61,227 nt of DNA from NCBI GenBank assembly GCA_903881565.1, contig CAIRTR010000130.1, positions 1 to 61,227 of the forward strand, in the 5' to 3' direction. Under the pieces are notes generated by a model. It searched no databases. It saw only the letters and a list, made by a program, of their open reading frames with translations, and was not told the origin of the DNA. A program made the translations under genes and the position numbers. This document shows positions 9,226 through 18,228 of the stretch, in pieces. The DNA comes from Oligoflexia bacterium. Lineage in GTDB: Bacteria > Bdellovibrionota > UBA1018. The stretch's first letter is position 1, and every line of letters begins with the position of its first letter.

Positions 9226-9540
9226 TTATTCGTCTTTCTCGTCAGACTCATCTGGCTCACCAGACTCTGCGGCATATTTTGCAAAAGATCCCCGCGCCTT
9301 TACTTCGCCCTTGGCCGAATCAATAAGGCCTCGCTTTACACTCGCAAATGCCGTCTTATTTCCAAATAACCATTTCTCTCGAGCCGGAATCTCTACCATG
9401 GGCTCCAGCAACACTGCCCCATTCGATTGCTCAGTGACGCAAAAACTACTGACCCCTTCAGCAAACCTTCCCAAAGCGATTCTCCCTTTTGAATCCGGCC
9501 GAAGCTGAACTGACTTCTTGGTTGCGAATGATCGCGGCAT
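9226..9540 (-). CDS. AbrB/MazE/SpoVT-type antitoxin with acidic C-terminal tail
   Basis: LRPDSKGRIALG swapped-hairpin-like N-terminus, EKWLFGN...ALASVKRGL-type middle region, acidic tail ESGEPDESDEKDE. Lies upstream of the toxin in the same operon. Confidence 0.75.
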   Translation of the reverse strand: MPRSFATKKSVQLRPDSKGRIALGRFAEGVSSFCVTEQSNGAVLLEPMVEIPAREKWLFGNKTAFASVKRGLIDSAKGEVKARGSFAKYAAESGEPDESDEKDE

Positions 9541-9587
9541 AGAATCGACTCCCTAAGATCCATTATAACTGAATGTGGGAAATCAGT

Positions 9588-9616
9588 AAAGTGGGATATA
9601 CCACAAATCCCACTTT
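9588..9616. promoter_or_regulatory. Perfect 10-bp inverted repeat (AAAGTGGGAT-N9-ATCCCACTTT), candidate TA operator
   Basis: Read directly from the sequence, 48-76 nt upstream of the antitoxin start. A related half-site GTGGGAAAT lies at about 9575. Function is inferred from the autoregulation typical of type II TA operons. Confidence 0.4.
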
Positions 9617-9740
9617 AGCCATCTCTGTGTTATGAAACGTATTTTATCAGAACGCCTGACTCGATACAGGCTGTGCCCTCAGCTACCCGACAAAACCCTT
9701 GCGCTTATCACGCCCAAGATGCGATTTAACACCCACAACT

Positions 9741-11240
9741 ATGCACCCTTCACTCAACTGGAAAGAGATCGCTCACCTCGCCCAAACGACTCTCCCGAAA
9801 ATCAAGGGCCAGTTCGTGGACCGCGTCTTCGTGCCTGCGCGCCCGAGACATCCTCAAGGATTTGTGAAATCCGAATGGGTCTTGCGCCTCAGTTCGTGCG
9901 AGCTTTTTATTAGCGTTCGCCCCCAGACCGCCTTTTTTGCACTCGCACCACTTAAGACTTTCAAGCCGGCCCGCGAAGCTTCGCGTTCCGCTTTTGATCT
10001 GGCACTCGCAAAACACCTCGCGGGCTCTAAGCTCTTGGACTTGAGGGCCCTGGACCAGGAACGAATGGCGATCTTTACCTTTAGTTGTGATCAACCCCAA
10101 ACAGAGCTGGGATTGTTTCTCAACCTGATTCCCGCATCGCCCGAAGCGCTTCTTGTCTTGGATCGACCGGAGAATTTGCACGCCGGAAACTTTAGCAACG
10201 TCTTATCTCGCACGAAAACTTTGGACGAAAAAATCCGCTCGAACTTCGAAGTTCCGAAAGGGAAACCCGCCCCGCAAGACCTGCCGCTTCGGCCGCAAAC
10301 CGCAACCCCTGAACTCTTTTTCAAGTTTGTAGAGCAAGAGCATCTTACGGAAGTTCTAAAACTTCGCATTCAACGAGCGACGCAAATACTCAAGCACCAA
10401 ATCAAAGACTGCGAAACCGGACTTCGACAAGCGCAAACGGGTCTAAGAGAGGCCCAAACAGAGCCAGATTGGCGGAAACTGGGCGCGCTGCTCACGCAAG
10501 TTTTACATGACCCGCCCCCTCTGGAGAGGGCCAGCGCCAAAAGCAAATACCCCGATATTCGCCGCGTACATGATTTCGCAACCGACACGCTCATCGAGAT
10601 CCCGTGCGATCCAAAACTCGATGCAAAAGACCAGGCTGCGCGCTACTATGCAAACTTCAAACGAACGAAAAAGCGGATCGAACTAGGAACAATGCGGATC
10701 GAGGACTTTTCCCAGAAACTCATCCGCCTCAAGAAACTCGAGAAACTTGAACTGCCCCCTGGTGAATGGAGCACCCTAGAATCTCTCGAATCAGAACTGG
10801 GACTTGGCGGCGATCTTCAAGGGAGTGCCAAGGCAAAATCCGAAGAAGACACCCACCCAGGCCGCGCCTTTAATTCGCATGATGGCTGGCTTATTCGAGT
10901 CGGGCGAAACAAAGATGAAAACCTAGAACTCACGGTGAGATTAGCAAAAGGCAACGACCTCTGGCTTCATCTGCGCGGCAAACCCGGCGCCCATGTGCTC
11001 ATCCCCTGCCGCTCCGGAAAATCCGTTCCGCTTGAAACGCTCTTAGATGCTGCTCACCTGTGCGTTTATTACAGCGGCGGCAAAGATGCCGGGAAGGCCG
11101 AAGTCGACTACACCTTCCGAAAACATGTTAAGCGGATCAAAGGCTCCGACGAAGTCACTTACACCCAAAACCGAACCCTCTCGATCGATCCGGACCCCGT
11201 CCGTCTTCAACGCCTCTTATCTCAGTATGCAAACACCTAA
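9741..11240 (+). CDS. NFACT-family protein (RqcH/FbpA-like) with NFACT-R/DUF814 domain
   Basis: C-terminal GRNKDENLELTVRLAKGNDLWLHLRGKPGAHVLI...YYSGGKDAGKAEVDYT is the NFACT RNA-binding (DUF814) signature. A coiled-coil middle region is present. The start is taken at MHPSLNW; the ORF track starts at 9699. Confidence 0.8.
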   Translation: MHPSLNWKEIAHLAQTTLPKIKGQFVDRVFVPARPRHPQGFVKSEWVLRLSSCELFISVRPQTAFFALAPLKTFKPAREASRSAFDLALAKHLAGSKLLDLRALDQERMAIFTFSCDQPQTELGLFLNLIPASPEALLVLDRPENLHAGNFSNVLSRTKTLDEKIRSNFEVPKGKPAPQDLPLRPQTATPELFFKFVEQEHLTEVLKLRIQRATQILKHQIKDCETGLRQAQTGLREAQTEPDWRKLGALLTQVLHDPPPLERASAKSKYPDIRRVHDFATDTLIEIPCDPKLDAKDQAARYYANFKRTKKRIELGTMRIEDFSQKLIRLKKLEKLELPPGEWSTLESLESELGLGGDLQGSAKAKSEEDTHPGRAFNSHDGWLIRVGRNKDENLELTVRLAKGNDLWLHLRGKPGAHVLIPCRSGKSVPLETLLDAAHLCVYYSGGKDAGKAEVDYTFRKHVKRIKGSDEVTYTQNRTLSIDPDPVRLQRLLSQYANT

Positions 11241-11532
11241 TTGGTTTCGGGAAACGCCCGAGGGAATTATCCTCCTGCTTTATATTCAGCCCCGTGCTTC
11301 CCGCACCGAAATCGTAGGCTTGCATGGAGAACCTCCTCGACTCAAGATCCGCATTGCGGCTCCACCGGTTGAAGGAGAAGCCAACGAAGAAGTCGTGAGG
11401 TTCCTCAAGAAGACCCTCAAAATTCCGAGCTCCCAGATTATTATTTTGCGAGGAGATACCGGGAGAAACAAAGAAGTCTTATGCAAAGGCATAAAAGCCG
11501 AAGCGCTCAACCTACTCCACAAAGTTTCTTAA
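11227..11532 (+). CDS. yggU: DUF167 family protein YggU
   Basis: LLLYIQPRASRTEIVGLHGEPPRLKIRIAAPPVEGEANEEVVRFL...RGDTGRNK matches the YggU pattern. The ATG at 11227 overlaps the upstream stop by 14 nt. Confidence 0.85.
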   Translation: MQTPNWFRETPEGIILLLYIQPRASRTEIVGLHGEPPRLKIRIAAPPVEGEANEEVVRFLKKTLKIPSSQIIILRGDTGRNKEVLCKGIKAEALNLLHKVS

Positions 11533-12948
11533 CACGTACTCCAATGCTTCATCTTTGGTCGTAAGCTTTCCCTCAAGCGTCAGATCATCTATTTTGCGCA
11601 AAATTCCCGAAAACTCAGGCCCTGGACTAAAACCCATTTGGATCAGATCTTTTCCATCAACAAGTTTCATGGACTTAAGATCCGCACTTTTACCCTTCGC
11701 CTTCATTTCAAGCCAACGTGAATGGCAAAACTCATAAGCGGCAAGGTTTCCATCGGAGACCGTGGCATCAGCCCCATGAAACGCCAGCAACTCTTCAAAA
11801 TGAGGCTCACGAATAAAGCGCTGCAGGGTCGCCTCGCGCATCTGAAAAGCCCCGCGGAACTTCAAATGATCGCCTACAATGGCTGCCGTGCGTGCGACCT
11901 GTTCAGAAGAAAATTTAAGCCTGATTCCGACTTCGCGCACAGCCTCTGCGCTTTCAAGCTCATGGTTCTGGAAACTCTTTCCGCCCGTTTTCCTAAAAAC
12001 AATCGGCTTTCCAATATCATGCAGCACCGACGCCCAAGCCAAGGCCTCACTTCGATGTGGATTTAATTGCGCCACTCGGGCAACGACTCTCAGCGTATGT
12101 TTCCACGGATCCCCTTCGGCTTTAAGCTTTCGCAGACTCTCAAGCTCCGGCAACACATAATTTAGCAATCCATATTCATGCAAAGCCAACAAGCCTCGAT
12201 CCGGGTGAGGTCCCAGGAAAAGCAGCGTTAACTCATCACGAACGCGCTCAAAACTGATTCGGGTAATGAGCCGCGCATGCTTTTTTAATGCCTCACTCGT
12301 TGCCTTCTCGATGCCAAACCCCAAGGCCACACTCAAGCGAATAGCCCGAAGCAACCGCAACGCATCCTCGCGAAAGCGTTCATTGGGCACCCCAATGGCG
12401 CGAATGACGCCGTTCTTGAGATCGTCAACACCTCCCACGGTATCTAGGATGCGCCCCGACTTTGGATCGTAAAAAAGGGCATTCACCGTAAAATCCCGAC
12501 GAGCGGCATCCTCCGCAGGCCCGGAAAGCTTTATCTGTTTAGGATGGCGGTGATCCTCATACTCAAGATCCTCTCTGAAACTTGCAATCTCCAAAGGAGG
12601 GACATCCACCTCTCGAACGGGAACCTTTAAAACACCAAATGCCTTACCGACTGTGACGGCATCTAAGAATAATTCCTGAATTTCGTCGGGCGTCGCACTC
12701 GTCGCAATGTCATGGTCCTTGGGTTCTCGACGCAGCAAAAAATCGCGAACACTCCCACCCACAAGGTAAGCCAAATGCCCCGCCCGATCCAATTGTTCTA
12801 AAGCGCGTTTAACATAGGTGGGAAGTGGAAAGGGCCGGTCAATCCGGATCCACTTCGAGCTGCTCACCATTAAGCTGGTACTTGCTTCGGATGACCGTGT
12901 CCGCTTCAAAGCGGTTGCGCGCTTGGGTACCTTCGGTTTCTTTGTCAC
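11512..12948 (-). CDS. cca: CCA tRNA nucleotidyltransferase with HD domain
   Basis: LVGGSVRDFLL, RDFTVNAL and RAIRL head-domain motifs, then an HD region (VLHDIGKP). The true start may be the ATG at 12870, because the first about 36 codons overlap ORF 12839..13117. Confidence 0.85.
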   Translation of the reverse strand: MTKKPKVPKRATALKRTRSSEASTSLMVSSSKWIRIDRPFPLPTYVKRALEQLDRAGHLAYLVGGSVRDFLLRREPKDHDIATSATPDEIQELFLDAVTVGKAFGVLKVPVREVDVPPLEIASFREDLEYEDHRHPKQIKLSGPAEDAARRDFTVNALFYDPKSGRILDTVGGVDDLKNGVIRAIGVPNERFREDALRLLRAIRLSVALGFGIEKATSEALKKHARLITRISFERVRDELTLLFLGPHPDRGLLALHEYGLLNYVLPELESLRKLKAEGDPWKHTLRVVARVAQLNPHRSEALAWASVLHDIGKPIVFRKTGGKSFQNHELESAEAVREVGIRLKFSSEQVARTAAIVGDHLKFRGAFQMREATLQRFIREPHFEELLAFHGADATVSDGNLAAYEFCHSRWLEMKAKGKSADLKSMKLVDGKDLIQMGFSPGPEFSGILRKIDDLTLEGKLTTKDEALEYVLRNFVE

Positions 12949-13117
12949 CGGTTTTTCCGCCTTTCTTTCGATTCTTGCTCGGCTTCACTGCCACGTCCGC
13001 TGAAGGCTTCTCGGCCAACACAGCCTGCGACTCTGCTTGGGCATTTGCCGGCACAGGCTCTTCGGCAAAACACATATCGGCCCCGAGGAAACTAAACCAT
13101 AAGAGGAAAATACCCAT
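12839..13117 (-). CDS. Small secreted lysine-rich hypothetical protein
   Basis: 92-aa ORF with a signal-like N-terminus (MGIFLLWFSFLGADMCFA), between ftsK and cca on the same strand. It overlaps the annotated-length cca N-terminus. Confidence 0.4.
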   Translation of the reverse strand: MGIFLLWFSFLGADMCFAEEPVPANAQAESQAVLAEKPSADVAVKPSKNRKKGGKTGDKETEGTQARNRFEADTVIRSKYQLNGEQLEVDPD

Positions 13118-13125
13118 AAAACATC

Positions 13126-15708
13126 TTACCTCATCAAAACTTCCCGGGGACGAGCGCCATCAGCGGGGCCTACGATTCCTCGGTTTTCCATTGTTTCAAT
13201 CAACCGCGCTGCGCGGTTGTAGCCCACTTTAAAGTGGCGCTGCAGATAACTTGCTGATGCATGCCCCGAAGTTTTCACCAGTTCAACGGCTTCCCCAAAA
13301 AGCTCGTCATCTTGATCTTCGACACTCTCGCCATTCTCTTCATCTTCTTCATCCGAGATCAGAATTTCGTTTCGATAATTGGGCTTGCCCTGCGATTTCC
13401 AAAATGCGGTGACCTTATTAATTTCATCATCATCCAGATAAGCCCCGTGCAATCGAACTGATTGTGAAACACCCGGGGGAATAAACAACATATCCCCTTG
13501 TCCCAAGAGCCGCTCTGCTCCGGCCCGATCCAAAATCGTTTTCGAATCGACGTAACTTGCCAGCTGAAAAGAAACCCGCGATGGAAGATTGGCTTTGATC
13601 AAACCGGTAATAACGTCGGTAGAGGGACGCTGGGTCGCAACCACAAGATGAATTCCGGCGGCGCGCGCTTTTTGGGCAATCCGGGCAATTGAGATTTCAA
13701 CTTCTTTTTTTGCAATCATCATCAAATCCGCAAGCTCATCAATAATGATCACGATATAAGGAAGCTTTCCAACCTGCGGCACGCCTTGATCATCCGGCTC
13801 AAAAGCTTCCATCCAATCCGACGAATTCATTTTGATGGGAAGCATCTCGGCATCTTCTTCTTCGGAAAGTAGCAGATCGTGGACCGCGTCCGCCCCCAGA
13901 TCCTGAACTTTCTGATTGAAACCCGCTAGATTCTTGGCCCCGATTTTCGCCAGGATTCGATAACGACGATCCATTTCGCGCACGGCCCATTTTAGGGCGG
14001 TGGCGGCTTCTTTGGCGTCATCAACGACTGGAAGCAAGAGATGGGGAACATCTTGATAAGAGCGAAACTCAATGAACTTTGGATCCACTAAGATCATGCG
14101 AAGCTCATCGGGCGTGAAGCGATAAAAGAGCGAGCAGATCAGGCCGTTCATGAAAACGGATTTTCCAGAACCCGTTTGACCGGCGCACAAAAGATGCGGC
14201 ATCCGGCCTAAATCTGACAAGAACGGTTGCCCCCCAATGTCTTTCCCCATGACCAAGGGAATAGCGTGGCGAGATCCTTGAAAATCAGTTTGCTGCAAAA
14301 ACTCGCGCATGAAGACCATTTCGCGATGATCACTTGGAATCTCAATCCCCACGACCGATTTACCCGGCAAGGGAGCCAGGATGCGAACACTTTGCGCTGA
14401 CAACGCCATTGAAAGATCATCGGCCAGCGCCGCGATTCGAGAAACCTTCACACCCGGCCCAGGGCGAAATTCATAAAGCGTGATCACCGGCCCTGGACGT
14501 ACTGCAACCACCTCACCACCAATTCCGAAGTCCGCAAATTTTTGCTCAAGTATCTTGGAATTCTTAAGCAGCTTGTCTTTATCAATCAAAGATTCCGATT
14601 TAGGCGGTTTCCGCAAAAACTCGATCGTGGGCAACTTCCATGCTCCGCGTCTGCTCTTAATAGAACTTTTGGGGACGACATCGGAGGAGCGTTTTGAATG
14701 ATCATGGGCCAGGATTTCAGGGACATTTGTTGAGGTTTGCTCCGCCGGCCTGGACTTGGGCTTCTCAAGCTCCGGTAAAACATTGGGGGCCTCAGACGTA
14801 GTTAACGGCGCAGTAAGGGCAGCCGGAGGAGGCAATGGCCTGCTCTCCAGTTCAATGATCGTCTCTTCTTTCCTTTTGTCAGCCGCGCCATCAGGGGGAA
14901 TTGCGGTAGAAATCACTTTAGTTGCCGAAACCGTTTCGCGCCTTTCACGGGCCTTGCGGACCGCCGTTTCAAATAGCTTTTGAATCCCATCACCAAGGGC
15001 ATGCGCCGCGCGCATGAAGAAAATGCCTAAGAAATAGATTGCGTAAGCGCCTGCAATTCGGAGGAGTCGAAAACCACCTTTGAGAAGCGCAAAACCGACA
15101 ATGCCCATTGCCTTTAGAACTCGCGCTCCCGCTCGCGCCACACTAAAAGGCGTTGCGAAAGCAAAGGCCAGGCAAAAAACCAGAAGAGAAACAATTGAAG
15201 AACCCAGGGGATTAAATTGTTTGAGCAACCCTTCGGCCACCCAGCTTCCGGCAATTCCGCCGGTCAGCAAAAGACTCCCACCTAACGGCCAATACTTCCA
15301 CTGGAGACCCAGAAAAACAGTGAGCCCCATGACGGCCACAGACATCCCACCTAAGGTTCCAAAAACCCGCAATCCCCCCTCACGTCGATGAATTGATGCC
15401 GTGATGAAAAAAAGTGCCGCAGGGAGTAGAAACGATCCCATCCCGAAACACTGCAGTAACGCCGCAGCGAGATAAGCCCCCACTCGACCGCATGCGTTTT
15501 GCACCCCCGCATGCGTACTTGTAAAAAGTGAAGGGTCAGAAGGGTGAAACGTTAGCATCGCGCATAACGTAAATATACCCAGCGCGAAAACCAAAATACT
15601 TGCGCCCTCAACCCAAAGTGATTTTCCATTTGCCTTAGAGGAATTCTGTCTGCTTTCCATATTCCTATGGTACATGGGGATTGATGACTCAGAAAGTAGT
15701 TTTGGCAT
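13126..15708 (-). CDS. ftsK: DNA translocase FtsK
   Basis: N-terminal multi-TM region, Pro-rich linker, motor domain with Walker A (GQTGSGKS) and Walker B (IIIDELADLM), C-terminal gamma winged-helix (SASYLQRHFKVGYNRAARLIE). Alternative starts are at 15675 and 15660. Confidence 0.95.
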   Translation of the reverse strand: MPKLLSESSIPMYHRNMESRQNSSKANGKSLWVEGASILVFALGIFTLCAMLTFHPSDPSLFTSTHAGVQNACGRVGAYLAAALLQCFGMGSFLLPAALFFITASIHRREGGLRVFGTLGGMSVAVMGLTVFLGLQWKYWPLGGSLLLTGGIAGSWVAEGLLKQFNPLGSSIVSLLVFCLAFAFATPFSVARAGARVLKAMGIVGFALLKGGFRLLRIAGAYAIYFLGIFFMRAAHALGDGIQKLFETAVRKARERRETVSATKVISTAIPPDGAADKRKEETIIELESRPLPPPAALTAPLTTSEAPNVLPELEKPKSRPAEQTSTNVPEILAHDHSKRSSDVVPKSSIKSRRGAWKLPTIEFLRKPPKSESLIDKDKLLKNSKILEQKFADFGIGGEVVAVRPGPVITLYEFRPGPGVKVSRIAALADDLSMALSAQSVRILAPLPGKSVVGIEIPSDHREMVFMREFLQQTDFQGSRHAIPLVMGKDIGGQPFLSDLGRMPHLLCAGQTGSGKSVFMNGLICSLFYRFTPDELRMILVDPKFIEFRSYQDVPHLLLPVVDDAKEAATALKWAVREMDRRYRILAKIGAKNLAGFNQKVQDLGADAVHDLLLSEEEDAEMLPIKMNSSDWMEAFEPDDQGVPQVGKLPYIVIIIDELADLMMIAKKEVEISIARIAQKARAAGIHLVVATQRPSTDVITGLIKANLPSRVSFQLASYVDSKTILDRAGAERLLGQGDMLFIPPGVSQSVRLHGAYLDDDEINKVTAFWKSQGKPNYRNEILISDEEDEENGESVEDQDDELFGEAVELVKTSGHASASYLQRHFKVGYNRAARLIETMENRGIVGPADGARPREVLMR

Positions 15709-16628
15709 ATGATATTGGGGGAACTAAGGTCGCCGTCGGAGCCGTCAGTGGAACCGGCAAAGTCTTAGAAGAACTTCGCCTCCCCGTGGGAACCGCTCGG
15801 GGCAAAACTGCCGTCATCCAACAGCTTGCGAACCTGGGAAAAGGGGTTATCAGCCGATATCCCGCTATAAAAGTGGCAGGAATCGCCTCTGCCGGCCCGT
15901 TGGATCCTATTCGGGGCGTACTCTTGGATCCCACAAACTTTGGAATTCCAAAAAAGGGCGGCTGGGGAGAAGTCCCACTTGCGCACCTTCTGGAAAAGAA
16001 ATTGGGCATTCCCGTTCTCCTTGAAAATGATGCCGCAGCGGCCATATTGGCGGAACATTGGAAGGGCGCGGCGCGCGGATACGATAACGCCATGATTTTG
16101 ACGCTCGGAACAGGACTGGGAACGGGTGTCATCGCCAACGGAAAACTGGTTCGCGCAGGACGGCACATGCACACCGAAGCGGGGCATGTGATCCTCAACT
16201 ATCAGGACATGAGCGCCCCCTGCGGATGTGGAAACTTTGGCTGCGCTGAAGCGTATTTGTCGGGAAGAAATTTTGCACTTCGATACCAGAAGAAAACACG
16301 AAACTCCAAAATCACGGCGCCGCAAATCGCCGACCTGGCCCGACGAGGAGATCGCGCAGCACTTCAAGCCTTTGAAGAGTATGCCGAGACAATGGCGGTG
16401 GCGATCGCAAGTTATGTGGTGCTGTATGCACCCGAAATTGTAGTTCTTACCGGGAGTTTTGCAGAAACTGCGGATTTATTTTTGAAAAGAACTCAAACAC
16501 TTCTGAAGGCCCTTCTCAAACGCAGACGTGAAGGAATCGACTTCATGCCTAAAATCATGGTGTCAAGTTTGCAAAACCAGGCGGGCCTTATAGGTGGCGC
16601 GTACGTGGCGCTGCATCGAAAAAGTTGA
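15684..16628 (+). CDS. ROK family sugar kinase (glucokinase-like)
   Basis: VLAYDIGGTKVAVG ATP-binding N-terminus. ROK zinc motif HV...CGCGNFGCAEAY. Confidence 0.85.
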   Translation: MTQKVVLAYDIGGTKVAVGAVSGTGKVLEELRLPVGTARGKTAVIQQLANLGKGVISRYPAIKVAGIASAGPLDPIRGVLLDPTNFGIPKKGGWGEVPLAHLLEKKLGIPVLLENDAAAAILAEHWKGAARGYDNAMILTLGTGLGTGVIANGKLVRAGRHMHTEAGHVILNYQDMSAPCGCGNFGCAEAYLSGRNFALRYQKKTRNSKITAPQIADLARRGDRAALQAFEEYAETMAVAIASYVVLYAPEIVVLTGSFAETADLFLKRTQTLLKALLKRRREGIDFMPKIMVSSLQNQAGLIGGAYVALHRKS

Positions 16629-16692
16629 CAGGCGGCTTATTTCGTTCAAGCTTAAGAGAAGCGCTATTTATACAAACAGGAGACTCCGTCAA

Positions 16693-17700
16693 ATGAACCG
16701 CTCACTCATTTTCCTATTATCAGTTTTCGCTCTCATGACTTTGAGTTTTGAAAATCCAGTCTTCGCATCCCGAGCACGGGAGGTGGCGCTCGGTACCGGT
16801 GACGCTGGATTAGTCCTCAACGGAGGGAGCCTGTATTACGACACCGAATATAACATTTTCTACAATCCCTCTTACATTAATGATTTTAAGAATTTTGGGA
16901 TTATCGAGAAATCCAATTTCCCAGGCCTCACCGCTCAGGGCGGTTTCATCAACTCTATTTTCAATTTTAGCTTTGGCCTCTATATGAATCGCCGGCAAGC
17001 CATCAGCGAAAACTATGCCTCGGCCAACGACATGCGCCCATTTGAAATTCTGCTGGGCTCTGACATGGGCGTAAAATGGGGCGTTTCGCTGGAGACGGCC
17101 GGTTTTTCTACCGCAGAAAAATCGGATGCCGACATGACTTTGCGAGGGGGTATTCAATTTGCGGAATTTGAGCCCTTCTTTTCCTACAAACTCAAAGGAA
17201 CGGAGCGAATTGTTGCCGACAACACCTACAAAGGTTGGTCTCTTGGAACGCGCTACAAATGGGGCGAATGGGTGCCCTATGTAGCTTATCGATCCATGGA
17301 AACGAACGGAATTCTGAGCCGATCCTTTGGCACAGGGATCGCTCGCAATGCGAAACTTGCGGAAGGAATTAAAACCAATACCGCTGTCGGATTTTTTCGC
17401 TCAACCGGTCAGAGCCGTTCTATTGTTCCTCTAGACTTCTCAGTCGAAGCCGACCCAGTCGTTTGGCTCACTCTCAGAGCAGGAATCTCGTATCGAATTT
17501 TCGATCGGGTAGGCGAGCAAAGTCAGTTCGATACCACCACAGGCCGCCTGGGTGCAGGGTTTCACGTGGGACGCGCAACCTTTGATTGGACGGTCGGGCG
17601 ATCGGTCTGGGGAGCAGAAGGCACGACATCCGCCGATCCTCAGACGTTTGATTTAACGTCAGGGTTCTTTACAGCGGCTTCGATGATGTTCAACTGGTAA
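16693..17700 (+). CDS. Predicted outer-membrane beta-barrel protein
   Basis: AGGAG lies 8 nt upstream of the ATG at 16693. Signal peptide (MNRSLIFLLSVFALMTLSFENPVFA), alternating beta-strand-like sequence, C-terminal aromatic end ...MMFNW. Confidence 0.6.
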   Translation: MNRSLIFLLSVFALMTLSFENPVFASRAREVALGTGDAGLVLNGGSLYYDTEYNIFYNPSYINDFKNFGIIEKSNFPGLTAQGGFINSIFNFSFGLYMNRRQAISENYASANDMRPFEILLGSDMGVKWGVSLETAGFSTAEKSDADMTLRGGIQFAEFEPFFSYKLKGTERIVADNTYKGWSLGTRYKWGEWVPYVAYRSMETNGILSRSFGTGIARNAKLAEGIKTNTAVGFFRSTGQSRSIVPLDFSVEADPVVWLTLRAGISYRIFDRVGEQSQFDTTTGRLGAGFHVGRATFDWTVGRSVWGAEGTTSADPQTFDLTSGFFTAASMMFNW

Positions 17701-17710
17701 TGCCTGCGGT

Positions 17711-18151
17711 TTAGAACTTCGCCGAGCCCGTCCCAATTGTTTTCCCATTGAGCCTGACTTCATAATGAATCTTGGCCGATTTTGCGATCATCGCACTCAC
17801 GCCACAATATTTCGTTTGAGAGAGCTCTACCGCTCGCATGAGTTTGTCTTCAGGCAAGCTAGGTGAGGTCACGTTATAAATGAGGTGAACCGTCTCAAAA
17901 ACCGAGGGTTCTCCCTTGGTCGTCTGCGCGTCGGTTTCAATGGAGATTCCCGTGAATTCGGCCCGCATCTTATTCAGTACATAAGCGACGTCCATCCCCG
18001 TGCATCCGGCGAGGCCAGCGAGCACAAGTTCCTTAGGCGTCGGTCCTAAGTCATCGCCCCCGGATTCGGGTTTGACATCCATCGGCACTTTATTGCCTCG
18101 AATATCAGCTTCAAAACTCATTTTATTCTGCCAAGTGAGTGTCAAGTTCAT
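17711..18151 (-). CDS. OsmC family protein (peroxiredoxin-like)
   Basis: 146 aa. GP(T/S)P.EL...L..C and a C-terminal TKYCGV-type Cys pair are characteristic of OsmC/Ohr. Confidence 0.85.
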   Translation of the reverse strand: MNLTLTWQNKMSFEADIRGNKVPMDVKPESGGDDLGPTPKELVLAGLAGCTGMDVAYVLNKMRAEFTGISIETDAQTTKGEPSVFETVHLIYNVTSPSLPEDKLMRAVELSQTKYCGVSAMIAKSAKIHYEVRLNGKTIGTGSAKF

Positions 18152-18228
18152 GGCGGCAGTTTACCGCAAGAATATTTTAGAAAGCAAGTCCTCATGTTTC
18201 AGGATACTGTTGAAAGAGGGAGAGAATC

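Noticed and set aside
15689-16367. Two long minus-strand ORFs (169 and 200 aa) overlapping the ROK kinase gene.
   Set aside because: The plus-strand frame carries the ROK ATP-binding and CxCGxxGC zinc motifs. The antisense ORFs have no features and overlap each other.
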